A stretch of 64,000 nt of DNA, taken from Psammoneis japonica (Eukaryota). The notes below the pieces were generated by a model. It had not been told where the DNA came from, searched no databases, and saw only the letters and a list, made by a program, of their open reading frames with translations. Location: positions 62,001-126,000 of the forward strand of contig QPGO01000088.1 in assembly GCA_008632985.1 (NCBI GenBank), given 5' to 3'. Position 1 is the stretch's first letter. Each line of letters opens with the position of its first letter. Positions 1 through 13,229 of the stretch are shown here, one piece after another. The position numbers and the translations under genes are program-made.

Positions 1-100
1 GATTCATTCACGATTTCCAGATTTCGCGATATTCGCCAATCGCCATAAGCAGCAGCACACAAACCACAAACAGCATTCGACATTCGACCACAGTTCGACC

Positions 101-1189
101 ATGACGATAAACGTGTATCCATCCATTGTCCATGAGGCTGACCTGGCCCCACCAGCCTTTGGTCCCGACATTGAAGACTCCGCGAACAAGATTGAAGAAG
201 CCTGCAAAGGGTGGGGCGCTGATTACAAGAAGGTGATCTCGGAGCTCGCAACGAAAGACCCGACCGAGCGGTACAAACTGGCGTGGCGATACAAGGAGCT
301 TCACGGCAAGCCTCTCTCGGAGCTCATGAAAAAGGAGTTCTCGGGAGACTTTGGTACCGCGATGGAGTTCTTAGCGCTTCCATCAGACGAGGCCGAGTGT
401 GCCATGATTATGAAAGCTACGAAAGGGATTGGTTGCAACATACACGTCGTGTATTCTATTTGCTGCGGACGAACCAACGATGAAATGGAACGTCTCAAGA
501 AGACGTTCTTTAAGATGTACACCAAAGATCTGGGGAAGCTCATGGCAAAGGAGTTGCATGGAAACATGGAACGTCTCGTGTTCAATTGTCTTCAGGCTGG
601 CGAGGAGCCCTACGACCCCCAGTACCACACCAAAGAGCTTGCTGAAGAAGAGGCAAAACAAATCTATGAGAAAGGTCAGGGTCGCTGGTTTACGGATGAA
701 AAGGGGATCTTTAAACTTTTGTGCAAGGCGCCCCCGCAGCACATCGAGAACGTGAATCAGGCATATGCGGAGAAGTACGGCTACACGCTCAGCAAGGCAT
801 TTGAGAAGGAATTGAGCGGAAACCTCGCGGACGCCGCAGTTTTCACCGTGGGCATGAAGCTCAAGCCGTTTGAGACCGTTGCTCACATGATCAAGAAGGC
901 ATGTGCAGGTCTCGGTACCGATGAGCTGCTCCTCACGTGTTGTTGCATTCGTTACCAATTCATCATGCGTGATGTTATGGCTTCTCACGTAGAAAATTTT
1001 TCCAAGGTGAGACGAACATCAACAATCCATACGAATGATTGATAGAGAACGTACAAGCTCATTGATATTGTTGCTTGCACCTTTTATATTTTGCCGCAGA
1101 CTATACACGATCGTGTGAGAGAGGAGTGTTCTGGAAAATACATGGAAGTACTCTTGGAGGTCTTAAACACAGCTTGGCCTGAAAGCTAG
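101..1189 (+). CDS. Annexin (copy 1), 2 exons: 101-1006, 1100-1189; ~331 aa
   Basis: Four annexin repeats (KEFSGDF, KELHGNM, KELSGNL, GLGTDE). A GT..AG intron at 1007-1099 restores the C-terminus TIHDRVREECSGKYMEVLL. Confidence 0.92.
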
Positions 1190-1392
1190 GCTAAGCTCGC
1201 TGGGTTCGGTATGTACCGGTACTGTAGGATAATTTGATTGGTACTGCATAGTTTCTCTGTGTGGTTGTAATTTAGTTTTACGTTGTTCTTGGATAGTTCA
1301 TGCCCGCCGCGTAGTCTATGCGTAGGATCGTACTGTATACACCACGACTACGCGTAGTCTGTGATCAAAGACCGAACCATTCTATTCCATTA

Positions 1393-4026
1393 CTAATTCT
1401 CACGTGTGTCAATATCCACAAGACTTGCTTCACTTGTTCTCGTCGAACTGAGTTGCATATTCCACATGTCGGCATACTGCCCTCCCAGAGCTAGCAAATC
1501 GTCATGGGTACCTTCTTCGGCAACCTTGCCATCGTCCAATACAATGATATTGTCAGCATTTCTAATCGTTCCCAAACGGTGAGCAATCACTAGCACAGTC
1601 CGATGGTCCCCCAACTTGTCAAGAGCCGCTTGGACCGACTTTTCCGTGATTGTATCCAATGCTGACGTTGCCTCATCTAATATGACAATTGGTGGGTTCT
1701 TAAGCAAACATCGGGCAATGGCAGTGCGTTGCTTCTCGCCGCCACTGAGCTTCAGTCCTCTATCCCCGACCATCGTGTCCCACCCATCCGGGAGAGACTT
1801 GATGAAGTTTGTCAGTTGGGCCGCTTCGGCAACTTCATCCAACTCCTCTTGTGTGGCATCTCGCCTTCCGTAGCGGATGTTTTCCCCGATAGTATCATTG
1901 AACAATGTAGTTGTCTGTGGCACGACGCCAATCATGTCTCTGACAGACTTCTGTTTCGCCATTCTTACGTCCACGCCATTAACTTTAACGGCACCACCAA
2001 GCACATCATAGAAGCGAAAAAGAAGCCGCGAGGTAGTAGTCTTGCCAGCCCCCGTAGACCCGACCACTGCTGTAATTGTACCCTTCTTCATTTTGAATGA
2101 GACACCCTTCAGACCACTCGACTCGCTTTGCGAAGGATAGTGAAAGATCACGTTGTCGAATTCTACCACCGTGTCAGGGTCTTGCTCGTTCACTGCCGGG
2201 ACATCAATGGCGTCTTTGACATCTGCAACATCCGGATTCTCTGCAAGTAGCTCGCTGAGATTCGTCAAGTCTACCATGGCCATGACAATCGCGTTGTACA
2301 CTGAGCCCAGGAAGTTCAGAGGAATGAAAAGGTTAATCGTATACGTCAACACCGCTACGAAGTCTCCAACCTCCATGCCGTCGCAGATGCCGGATAAGTT
2401 GCTACAGCAACTCGAGTTTGAAGATTCACAACCATTAGCCAAACAACAGTCCATACGATCCCGAATTGATACGGTGGCGAGGCTCAAGGACGTGGCCAAA
2501 CAAGCTTGAAGAATGAACTGCTGTGAAATGTTAAGCATCGATAGCGAAGCCGCTACATTCACACTTCCAGCCTGATACGTCTTTACACTCTCTCCAAACC
2601 TTTGCATCTCGTAATCCTCGCTGGTGAAAAACTTCACCGTCTCGTAATTGACTAGTGAATCGGTACATCGATCATGCCAATCGTTGTCGGACTTGGCAAC
2701 TTGCTTTCGAAACTTCTTACGCCACAGCGTCGTGATAATTGTCCAAACCATGTAGACAAAGACAAAGAAGAAAATTGTCACTGCCAAGGCGAAGTTGTCA
2801 AAGACAGTAGCAAAAATGATGCAGACGGCAATAGATTCTCCAACAGCAGGAAATAGCCAAAGAAAGAGGTACTTCATGAGAACATCACAAGCCGCAATAC
2901 CGCGGTCCATGGAGCGGATTACTTCGCCCAGTTTCTTTTTCAAATGCCAATCCAGAGATAATGAATGCAAATGGCGAAAAGCTACTTCGGAAAGCTGTAC
3001 AAACGCCGCTTGCGCAACCTTGAGGTAAACCAAGGACTGGCTTTCTTTGAAGAAAGAACTTCCAAAGTTACAAAGCGTGTAGAGGACAACGTACTTGATT
3101 GTTTCGCTGTAATCCATTCGAGTTAGGGCGGTAGAAGCCCGACCCAAAAAGAGGGGCGCAAACAAAGATAATGTCTTGCTCGCAGCGACACAAATCCACG
3201 TCGTTAATGCACGGATGCGATTTAACGTTGCCGATGTTGCCGTGGCGTCAGGCCAGAAGTAAGGCTTCAACACAACCAGGATCGCCTTGCCACTGAGCCG
3301 CGCCTTCTTTTCCTTGCTTTGAACCACTGGATATGGCATTACTCTGGTCTCGACAATTGCAATGACGCTGAATACGGCGAGTAGCACCAAAGAGGCGATA
3401 TCAATGTTGGAGGGAGTCCTATTCTCGAGGGCCAAAAGAAAAATGATTCCCAGCAAAAGTATAAGAGCCGACATTGTGTGAAGAGATCTTTGAACCAGGG
3501 AGAATCTTGTTTTCTTAAAATCCCGTACGTCGAGTAAAAGGGCAAAAAAGAAAGCAGTTGCGGTGCATCCTAATGGAACAGCGTCGTAGACAGTGTCATT
3601 GATATTTCCCTTCGCATCGAGAATGCACGTTGTCAAAAAGTACGCGAAAAACAGTAAATTGGATAGAGCCGACAAGTATACGATTTTCGACTCCATGGGT
3701 GTCAGAACGTGGCTGTCTTCGCCGTCGTCTATGCCATTGTCCGCCTCTTCGTCTGACACATTGGAAACCGATGGCGAAGCAGGGCTGTTGTTCTTGGTGA
3801 ATGATTCGCTTCTCTTCTTGAGAGAAAACCGACCGTTGAAGTATACCGTCGAGCGTTTCCTACTTAACGAAGCCCGCAGATCGGATGAAGTTGCCTTTTC
3901 CAACTTTTCGTCAGCAGCGCTACTCTTCTGTGAAGCTGTAGCAATCAAATCAGCCGCTAGACGAAAGAGTTGAAGAGTTGCACCAATACCAGCCACTACA
4001 ATGGCTGACTGAGGCGTTTGTGACAT
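1393..4026 (-). CDS. ABCB half transporter, HMT1/ABCB6/ATM-like, with extra N-terminal membrane domain
   Basis: 877-aa ORF with HLHSLSLDWHL and DSLVNYETVKFF (ATM1/HMT1-type motifs), Walker A GSTGAGKT, signature LSGGEKQR and Walker [11 protein letters not shown]. Confidence 0.9.
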   Translation of the reverse strand: MSQTPQSAIVVAGIGATLQLFRLAADLIATASQKSSAADEKLEKATSSDLRASLSRKRSTVYFNGRFSLKKRSESFTKNNSPASPSVSNVSDEEADNGIDDGEDSHVLTPMESKIVYLSALSNLLFFAYFLTTCILDAKGNINDTVYDAVPLGCTATAFFFALLLDVRDFKKTRFSLVQRSLHTMSALILLLGIIFLLALENRTPSNIDIASLVLLAVFSVIAIVETRVMPYPVVQSKEKKARLSGKAILVVLKPYFWPDATATSATLNRIRALTTWICVAASKTLSLFAPLFLGRASTALTRMDYSETIKYVVLYTLCNFGSSFFKESQSLVYLKVAQAAFVQLSEVAFRHLHSLSLDWHLKKKLGEVIRSMDRGIAACDVLMKYLFLWLFPAVGESIAVCIIFATVFDNFALAVTIFFFVFVYMVWTIITTLWRKKFRKQVAKSDNDWHDRCTDSLVNYETVKFFTSEDYEMQRFGESVKTYQAGSVNVAASLSMLNISQQFILQACLATSLSLATVSIRDRMDCCLANGCESSNSSCCSNLSGICDGMEVGDFVAVLTYTINLFIPLNFLGSVYNAIVMAMVDLTNLSELLAENPDVADVKDAIDVPAVNEQDPDTVVEFDNVIFHYPSQSESSGLKGVSFKMKKGTITAVVGSTGAGKTTTSRLLFRFYDVLGGAVKVNGVDVRMAKQKSVRDMIGVVPQTTTLFNDTIGENIRYGRRDATQEELDEVAEAAQLTNFIKSLPDGWDTMVGDRGLKLSGGEKQRTAIARCLLKNPPIVILDEATSALDTITEKSVQAALDKLGDHRTVLVIAHRLGTIRNADNIIVLDDGKVAEEGTHDDLLALGGQYADMWNMQLSSTRTSEASLVDIDTREN

Positions 4027-4460
4027 GGTGAAAACTGATAACTTTCGAAACCTTTGAAACTCTTTATGTCGGTTGTTCTATAGCGGAAGAAAGGACACGA
4101 ACAGCACAACCTGCCGGTAGACCTTATCATACTTCTTGCTGAGAAGTGTGAAGAAAGAAGAAGAGAGAAGAGGCATTGACTTTCCAAAATTGGCAGAGAC
4201 AGCAGAGATGAGGTGGTCGTACGTGCGCGCTGGCTTGACCTACCGCGCGCGCGAGTGACGCGACGACGACGACATTCGAAAAACTGACGTCACAACATTC
4301 TTCAGAGTTAGTTAGTCGTACTTTCGTCGTAGAGCTGGTAGTATCTTTTCGTATGTAAGACTTACGTACCGGCATGATTGGTACGACGTTTCTGCGATTG
4401 CTGCGAGCGGCAACCAACCCGAAAGATTTTCGCTCATTTTTTATCAGACTTCATTCAACC

Positions 4461-5697
4461 ATGAACCTCTATCCGAGCTCCGTCCTTCAAGGAGACCTCT
4501 CCCCTGATGTAGTTGGAGCAGATATCGAAGCCGCCTGCAACGAGATCGACGAAGCTTGTAAGGGCTTTGGAACTGACGAGAAAAGGCTGGTATGTTTAAC
4601 ACTCAGGAAAGGTGCTTATGGCCAATCCCGGATTGGATCGGCTTTATTCGTTTCGTTCGACGCTGAATTTCCAGGGTGGTTGTTTGTTTTCAGCTGGTAT
4701 CTAAAACGCTCTTTTCTTCCTACCTGCCTGCTTCTCTGCATCAGATCACAGCTTTGGCAAAGCAGAACGCTGAGAACCGTGGCAAGATTGCGATCAAGTA
4801 CAAGCAAATGTTCGGCAAGGATCTTGCTGATGTGATTGATAGCGAGATCAAAGGCGACCTCGGCACAGCTTTGGAATTCCTCGCCGCACCAGCGGATGTA
4901 GCAGAATGCGCCATGATTCGCAAGGCATGCAAAGGCATTGGCACCAAGGAGAAAGTCCTTTACTCCATCATTTGCGGAAGGAGCAACGCTGAAATCGACT
5001 TGCTCAAGAAGACGTACTACAATAAGTACACAAAGGATCTCGGTCAAGCCCTCGATTTTGAGCTTGGTGGTAGCTTTCAAACACTTATCTTTACGTGTCT
5101 TCAGGGTACAGAACAGGATTTTGACGCTGCCTACCACACCGAAGCAAAGGTTGAGGACGACGTAAAAGCCATCTATGAGGCAAGCCAAGGACGCGTTGGC
5201 ACGGACGAAGCGGCTCTCTTCAAGATTATTTGCGCATCTCCCTCGGCCCATCTCAAAACTGTTAACCTTGCCTATGCGGAAAAGCATGGTTTTACGCTCT
5301 TCAAGGGTGAGTGCAGCAAATCTGTCGTCGTTCTTACTGTGCTTCCTTTTTCAGCATGGTCATTTATTTTTGTTTCATTCTGTTTCTTGTTTCTTGTGTT
5401 ACAGCATTGGAGAAAGAGACTCGTGGAGACATTGAAGACGCTTCGCTCTTTTTGCTGGGCATGAAACTCAAGCCGGCCGAGACTGTCGCGAAGCTCATTC
5501 AGGACGCTTGTGCTGGATTTGGTACCAACGAATTGTTGCTTACGACAGCCTTAATCAGATACCAACCAATGATGAAGGATGTCGATTCCGCATTCACCGA
5601 GCTGTACGGGAAGAATCTCCACGATAAGCTCAAAAGCGAAGCTCGTGGAAAATACGAATCGTTGCTTCTTGAGGTGCTTCAAACTGGACTCTCGTAA
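4461..5697 (+). CDS. Annexin (copy 2), exons 4461-4589, 4745-5306, 5405-5697
   Basis: GFGTDE, GIGTKE, GTDE and GFGTNE repeats. Two GT..AG introns join the frames correctly. Confidence 0.92.
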
Positions 5698-6073
5698 GAG
5701 GACCGGAGCTCATACAAGTTGCTGCACGCTTCCAATGTCAGTTTCATTTTTCAAAGATTAGATACCATGATTAATGCTTACCTTGGATAAACTAGAGCAA
5801 GATATACTTTTGTTTAGGGCTAGTTGACGGATAATGCTCATCTATCATCTTCTGTGATAGCTATGGGTAGTAAGATTCAAATCGAATGGATCAATTTTCA
5901 TTGGAGTCGGCGAGGCAGCCCGATGATTCCACGTCAGCGCTGGTAGAATCTTCTTGTAAGTAGAAAATGTATAGTGAGCTACGGTGAATGATCATCGCCA
6001 AGATCCAGATCGCTGCGACAATGTGATGTTCTTTCGTCACCTTTCAACTTCGACAGCCTCAAGCCATTCCACC

Positions 6074-7305
6074 ATGAACATTTATCCGGCCATCGTTCTC
6101 GAGGGTGACCTCTCTCCCGACGCTGTTGGAGCTGAGATTGACGCAGCATGCAACGAGATCCATGAGGCATGCAAAGGTTTTGGAACTGACGAGAAGCGGT
6201 TGGTAAGAATGACCCGACGTATTCATAACATGGTGCTGTCTGCGGCTTTCCCGGCTTTCCTTCAACGATGCGGAGGGCGTTGTGTTGATTGTTTGATTGT
6301 TTTGCAACATCTTGCACTGATCTCACTTACTGTACGACGTTGCGTCTGCTGCACCCTGACAGATCAACGCTCTCGCCACCAAGAACGCAGAAGAGCGTTA
6401 CAAGATCTCTATCAAATACAAAGAGATCTATGGCAAGGAGTTGAAGGACGTTCTCCATCGCGAGGTCGGAGGCGATCTCGGAGTTGCGCTGCAGTTTCTG
6501 TCTGTCCCGCTCAATGTCGCCGAGTGTGACATGATCCAAAAGGCTTGCAAGGGTCTCGGAACAGACGAACTCGTATTGTACCCGATTATTCTTGGTAGGT
6601 CCAATGTCGAAATGGAACTACTCAAAAAGACTTATTACAACGAGCACACGGCGGATCTTGGTAGAAAGATGAGTTCAGAATTGAGCGGCGACCTTGAAAA
6701 AATCATTATCAATTGTCTCCAAGCGTCCGAGCAGGACTATGATCAGGAGTTTCATAACGAGGCGAAGGTTGAGGAAGACGCGAAAACTCTTTACGAAGCA
6801 GGTCAAGGAAAGACAGGCACAAATGAGAAAGAAATGTTCAAAATTCTCTGTGCTTCCCCTCCTGAGCATTTGAAGAAGGTGAACCTCGCGTACGCCGAGA
6901 AATACGGGTACACGCTTTCCAAGGGTACGTTGCTTGTGCGATTTCTGCATCCGTACCCGCATAATCAATACACTCACTTGTGATGATTCCTTCGACGTGC
7001 GCTCTCTAGCTTTTGAAAAAGAGCTCGCTGGGAAGGTTGAGGACGCTGTGCTGTTCGAGATTGGAATGAAAACCAAGCCATACGAAACTGTGGCGGGCCT
7101 CATCAAGAAGGCGTGTGCTGGATTCGGTACCAACGAGTTGCTTCTCACCTGTTGCCTCGTCCGCTATCAAAGCCTGCTAAAAGAGGTGGACATGGCGCAC
7201 GTTGAGTTATATGGGAAGCGGATTGTTGATCGTGTCAAGGATGAAACGAAGGGCAAGTATGAGGATTTGTTGTGCGCTGTCGTGGAGACTGGAATTGCTG
7301 GTTGA
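6074..7305 (+). CDS. Annexin (copy 3), exons 6074-6202, 6363-6924, 7010-7305
   Basis: GFGTDE, GLGTDE, GTNE and GFGTNE repeats. Same intron positions and same exon 1 and exon 2 lengths as copy 2. Confidence 0.92.
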
Positions 7306-7594
7306 TTTCTCCATGGTGACTTTGTAGGAATGAGTAGATGCAGAGGCTTTAGATGCCTAAAAGTTTTCTTCTGTGTAGTTCAATATCCTGTTCATTTTTT
7401 TAAAAAACAAAATATATGTTATGCTCATCGTTTCGTCCCGGGGTTATTCTTTAGAGCTCCGTACCACTTACTTTGTTGCTTGACAATGAGATATGAATCG
7501 AGAAAGTATTCATGCCAGTGTACCCGGTACGAGTTTATACAACAGACCAATGGTTTAGATTACATGTATCATCGAGAGCAGCTACTAGTACGAC

Positions 7595-10500
7595 CTACTC
7601 CTCTTCCTCCTCCTCCTCCATGTCTTCTTCTTGAACTCGCCTCTTCTTTGCCGACGAGCTGCCTTTCCTAGGAATCGTGTCGTTGTTGATCGCAGAGGAG
7701 TCGTTTTCGTCCGCCTCATCGTCTTCTTCCTCATCATCTTCCACGGCTGCAGCCACGCGCTTCCTCGTCTCGATAAATTTCTTCACATTCCAGTCACGGG
7801 GGTGCTTGAAATTGTAAGGGCCATTGAAAATACCGAGAATCGTCATGTTCTCATTTTCCATATCATGCATATTGGGTAGAAGCTTTGGTGTAATCAGGAA
7901 GTACTGGCCAGAGTGACAGTTGTCATCAGTGCCTGGTTTGGGTTGCGCTGTCGAATTTGTAACTTCCAGAGGCGACAACCGGAATGATTAGGGTATACAG
8001 AATCACACACTACACGACAACCGAAAGAGAGCAATGCCTAGGCCCTACTTACCAATTCTCTTGAATACCAGTCGTTCGTTGCGTTCATCAAGCCCTTGGT
8101 TAATCTCGTCGACGCAGCGGAACGGGCTAACCATGAGTTCTTGCAGAGCCATCAAATACATGATCGTACTGACGGAACGCTCTCCTCCAGATTGGACTTG
8201 AGCCGAAAGAACTTGAAGAGACGACTTCTCTCGAAACTTCACCTTGATCTCAATACCCCAGTTCTTGAAGTGCTTGGGCTCTTCGGCCTGATCACGTGCA
8301 GCGTGGCCACGCCTCGCCTCCTCTTCGCCCTTGTAAAGAGAGACTTCGCCTAAGACCGAAAAAAAGGAAGGTTGAGTTCAAAATCTAGAAACGCTACGCA
8401 ACACAAGGACGCATTATCTTTTGATACTCACCTGCACAACCGAGCTCTCTCATGTACTTAGAGAAGAGCACGTTCACCTTACCAACAGAGTTTTCTAGTG
8501 CAGACTCCCAAGGCTGCCGCTTGGTCTGGAGTGCCTCCAACCTGGAGTTGTTGTGCTCGTCCACATCCGCCAGCTTCTTGCGTATATCTTCAATCTCGAT
8601 CTTTCGCTCTTCGTACTGCCTAATTACATCAGGATTCGCATCGATGGAGTTGGCCTTGGTACTCGCTTCTTCATAAGCGGCCTCTGCCTCCTCCAACGTC
8701 CTGACATCCAACTTTTCCAGCTCCTCCATGAGTGGCAAACTACCATTGGCGTCTCTGATAGGGGCCTCGGTCTCGGCATGTTCCTTGATAGACTTAAGCT
8801 CATCCTTGCAACGACGAAAATCCATTGAGATCTCCTGAAATTTCTGTTCAATGCCATTACATTGAAACTCCTTTTCCCCAAGAACGTTGCTGTTGTAGAA
8901 AGAAAGCAAAACGACCTAGCGAGTGAGCAAGAAAAGTTTTCACAAATGACGAAACATGACGAATACCGGCGTAGTCCTTACGCTGCTTCTCGGAAAGACG
9001 AGGCGATTCTTTCCTTGTCAATCTTGACACCGGCCAATACGAAGGTCGACTTCATCATTTCTTCGTGAGACGAAGCATGAGCCTCGAGTGCCACCACGTT
9101 GCCCTTGACCCGAGCCATAAGGTTACGAACGCACTCCTTCTTTTCGTCCGTGTTGTCGCGCGTCGCTTCCTTCTGGGCGTCCTTGAGCTTGCGTTTGGCG
9201 GACGCCAGCTTTTGCTGCAGTTTGGTCAATTTGCCTCGGTTTTCCTTTGCCTTCTTGACCCGCGCCTGAATCTGCTGAAGTACACCCTGAGCTTGTTCAA
9301 ACCTAGCTTGGACATCGGTATGCTCACTCTTCATTTCTTGTAGCTCTTTTTCAAGATCCGCCACCTTCTTTTCGAGCATCGCCTTTTCTGCCGGGTCGAC
9401 ACCTGGGGCTAACCACTTCGCTGGGTTGATGTCGTCCACTCGTGTAGCCGGCTTCCCTGAATACCGAGAAATCGTTGTAGTGTACTTGTATGAGCGATCC
9501 TTCTGATTCGTAAAGACGCAGGATTTTCGAAGTCCCTGTCCACCGTCCTCTCGTTCGCTCAAATAATCCAAAAGTCCATGTCGATCAATGCTTTCCTGTG
9601 TTTTTTCAGTTCCAATCAACACATTCTCGATACTGGCAGCACCACGAAGAGCTTCAATAATTGCGTCTGGTGCAGAGAAGGACTCGTCCATGAACCCTTG
9701 GATACCGTGCTCTTTCTTGAGTGTCCGGATTTTACTTTCTGAGTACCAGCGCTCAAGGGTGCCGAGCTTTCCTTGGGGCACCTCGACAACATTCACAGGT
9801 ATTTTGCGTCGTTCTCGTATTTCTCGATACAAAAGATTCGCATCGTCTCGGCACTCTACAACAAAGGATTTGAGAGTCGTGTTGGGAACGTGCTGCTCCA
9901 AAAAGGCGGCAGCGCTCTTGCTCTTGGGGCTGACTTCGCACAAGATGGGGCCCCAGACCGGACGGCGAAACTTTTGCCTATTTTGGTCCACCCAATCGAA
10001 CGCTTGCTTGAGTTTTGGCTCTTGGCGAAACACTCGATCGCGACGTCGGGCGCGCTCGTCGTTACTCTTGATCAGTTTGCGCTGCGCCTCCTTGTGATGC
10101 TCCTCCTTCTCCTTGTATTGCTCCTGAAAATGAGACACTTCGCGGCGCGCGTGTATTAGCTGAGGCTGATTGGAGCGCAACTCCTTTTGAACCTCTGCCA
10201 GTGCATCGTCCAAACTTTCCTTGGGTGGAAAATCGGCCAGGTCCGCTTCAACTTCGTCGACCTTTTCTTGGTGTTGCTCAATGGCTCGCTCGTGGTTACG
10301 CTGCTGTGAGTCGATAGCGGTCAGATCTGCCGTGATTTCATCAATCTTGTCCAGGTGGGTTTCTGCCTTTTCCTTGTGCTTCGTCATTTCTCGATCCGCC
10401 TTCTTGACGACTTTGTCTAATGCATGAAACTTGGCCTTGACACGTTCCTCCTCCATCTTGAGTGTGTCGTGGTGCTCCTGTAGAGGCTCGAGTTCTCTTT

Positions 10501-11421
10501 GAGCCTCGTCTAGATCTTTCTTTGCGTCCGCCTTTTTATTCTTCAGCTCAATGCACCGGTCGCGTGTTTTCTCGAAACGGAGCCAAAGGATTTTTTTCTT
10601 GAAAAGCTCCATCTTCGCCAGTGCCGCTTCTCGCTCCTCCATTCTCTCCTTTTCTCGTTCCAAACGCGCATTCTCTGCCTCGAGTGATTCGAGCTTTGCT
10701 TGAATAGATTTCTTCTCGTTACCATCCTTGCGTAGACTCTCCTCTGCTTCAATCAATTCCTGATGCGTCTCGTAGAGGTGCTGGTTACCCGACATAGACT
10801 TTTCCGTCTCGATGAGGAGCTGCTGAGCATCAAAGGCGGAAAAACTGCCCACCAGGTCTTGTGGAAGAAAGGTACAGAGATTGTCTACAGCAATGTGATA
10901 GACTTCTGATACCACCCGCCGAACTTCCATTGCGGGGCACTGCGAGTCGTTGATGTAGTAAGTAGAGGCGCCTCTGCCGTTGCCTCTCTCTGAGCCCTTG
11001 TTCCTGTCAATAATGCGCTTAAAGACGTGAACTTCTGCAGCACGACCATTGACGGGAGCTTGTGGAGCGAGCTCAATCTCAATCATGGCTGAAGTCTTCT
11101 CGTGATTTATAAAGGTTCGAGCGTCGTCCGCACGGCCAAGCAGCTTCGGCTCTCCGCCCAGTCCCAGACAAATGGCGCACAGAATTGTAGATTTGCCCGT
11201 ACCATTGGGGCCTATCACCATATTGAGTCTAAAGAGAGTCATGATGACATAAGACAGTGAGTTGACAGGCAGCGAGAGCGGTTTACAAAGAGAAGGTAGA
11301 AAACATACCGAGGGCCGGGGCAGAACTCCACTTCTTCATAAGTCAAGAAGTTCTTCAGCTTTACTCTCCTGATTGACCCAGGCTTGTAGTGGGAAACGCA
11401 TTCCTCTTGCGTAAGGGACAT
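7595..11421 (-). CDS. SMC5: Structural maintenance of chromosomes protein 5; 5 exons (introns 11229-11308, 8890-8981, 8350-8431, 7963-8052)
   Basis: N-terminal GSIRRVKLKNFLTY, Walker A GPNGTGKST, NLCTFLPQD, coiled coils with hinge, and C-terminal QSGGERSVST / PFRCVDEINQGLD / QYFLITPKLL typical of SMC5. Confidence 0.93.
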
Positions 11422-11815
11422 GGTAAAGCCGATGTAGAAGAAAGCAGTAGAGAACTCGCTTCAAAAGACAACGCCATGGAACGCTTCTCGGTTGGTGCTT
11501 TTGTGTGTCGCGCCACAACGTTGGGAAAAGTACGGCTTTCGATCCACGAGAATACATACGAGATTTTGTGTATGTACAATCTAACCTAACTTCCTGGTAC
11601 AATGAAAATGGCGCGGCTGGCTGTCTGTGCTGTGACAGATGACAGACGGTCGCTCCGCCCATCCGTGCTTAAGCGCTTCAGTGTGTCGTGGACGTGGTAA
11701 CCAAACAAGTACAAAAAGCATTGGAGCCGTTTTGCACGTTGTAAATGGTGAAAGAAATATTGAAAGATAGATGGTAGTCATTTGTATTTTAGTAGGGGTG
11801 ATTCATGTCTAAGTT

Positions 11816-12400
11816 CTAATTGGTTACTGCTGAATTTACAGAATGGATGGAATCGGAATCGGGCGAAGTTGACGGTGTACTACTTGCACCATGGGCCTTA
11901 TGAGCTTTCGCTCGTTTCCGACTAATGTATTCCTTCGCTTTGTTCTCATATATATCAACTACTTCATCCCACGTTGGAACCACATCTGCCTCGTATCCGT
12001 AGGTCTTGCCGATTGCAATGTCATCCATAATTCTCATGGCCTGTCACCATCAAAGTAAGAAGATCCACGCATGAGGAAACCAACAATCGATAAACAATCA
12101 AATAACGCACTGCAAGTCACATTTTCTTCTTAGTTTTAAATGATCCCTGCGATGAATGTATCGAAGCATCGACCGACGATCTTCCCAAATACTCAATGTG
12201 TGGTGAACTCCATTCAATTGACGGTTTTCGGCAGAAATGTTTCCGGGTGCGGATCTGGCTTGGATCATTGCTGGTATGGCATAATACCAAAACTTGGGAA
12301 CATGATAGACAGCCTATCATGTAGAAATTCAGGTACGGACTTGTGTGAGTTGCAAGCCATCAGACCATTGCGCGCGCTCTCGAATCATCAATCATCAACG
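11816..12400 (-). pseudogene. Possible small gene or gene remnant of unknown function
   Basis: Protein-like terminal ORF at 11816-12037 preceded by an AG acceptor-like site. The upstream frame is interrupted by several TGA codons. No family recognised. Confidence 0.2.
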
Positions 12401-13229
12401 CCAGGGAGAAGAAATTTACCTTTATTTCAAGACCCGTGATCGAAATGTAACCATCGTCAGATCAAGAAACCTTTACTGAAAGAAAAGCAAGTGAGCAATA
12501 TATGAGGTCTTTGTTGCTGTCGACTGTCGGCTTACGACCTAAAACCACATGATGTCGAGGAACGACGCAGAAGCAACCAAAAAGTGAGAACACGTGAGAA
12601 GCAAAAAATGTGGTCGGTGGAGTGCACATATAGGTAGCAGTATACACGTCAGCGAAACACGAGTGAATCGATTGCAGAAAAAAAACTCGTGACTGTAATG
12701 TTTCGTATTTAGCTGGTCGTGCTATGACAGTTCATTCTCCTCATCCATCGGCTGCATGTTAGAGACCAAGCTGCATATCTTTGACAAGCAAGTTTAGTCT
12801 ACTGGCTAGATAGACCTACTAGAGAGAAGAAAGATGTTCTATCAATGAGAAGCCAGTGAAATCAAGATGAATTGGGCCAAATGCGACCATGGGTGCCTTA
12901 CCTGTTCGTTTGTCTGTTGCTCTGACTGTGTCAACGCACCTCCGGGTTCACGCCCACCGATGATCTGGATCTGGATAGATCTGACGATGAGAGAACGACG
13001 CTCTGTAGTCAATATGAGGCTACCGGTACCGCATAGGCCCTTAGATGTGAAGGGATAGAGTGCGGGTCTAAACCATCATCGTTTCGCATACCATTGCAAC
13101 CGCAGCGCTCTGCAAGTCCTTTGTTGATAAACGCTCGCGACTGTCTTGAGCTTGGCACCCAACAATCGTTTGCAGAAATAAGACAATCTTTCTGATCTCC
13201 TGCTCGTGTAAATATACCAACTCGATACA

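Noticed and set aside
4285..4292. TGACGT(CA) bZIP/aureochrome-type sites upstream of annexin 2, annexin 3 and POR (61451)
   Set aside because: 6-8-mers are expected by chance; cannot be supported from sequence alone.
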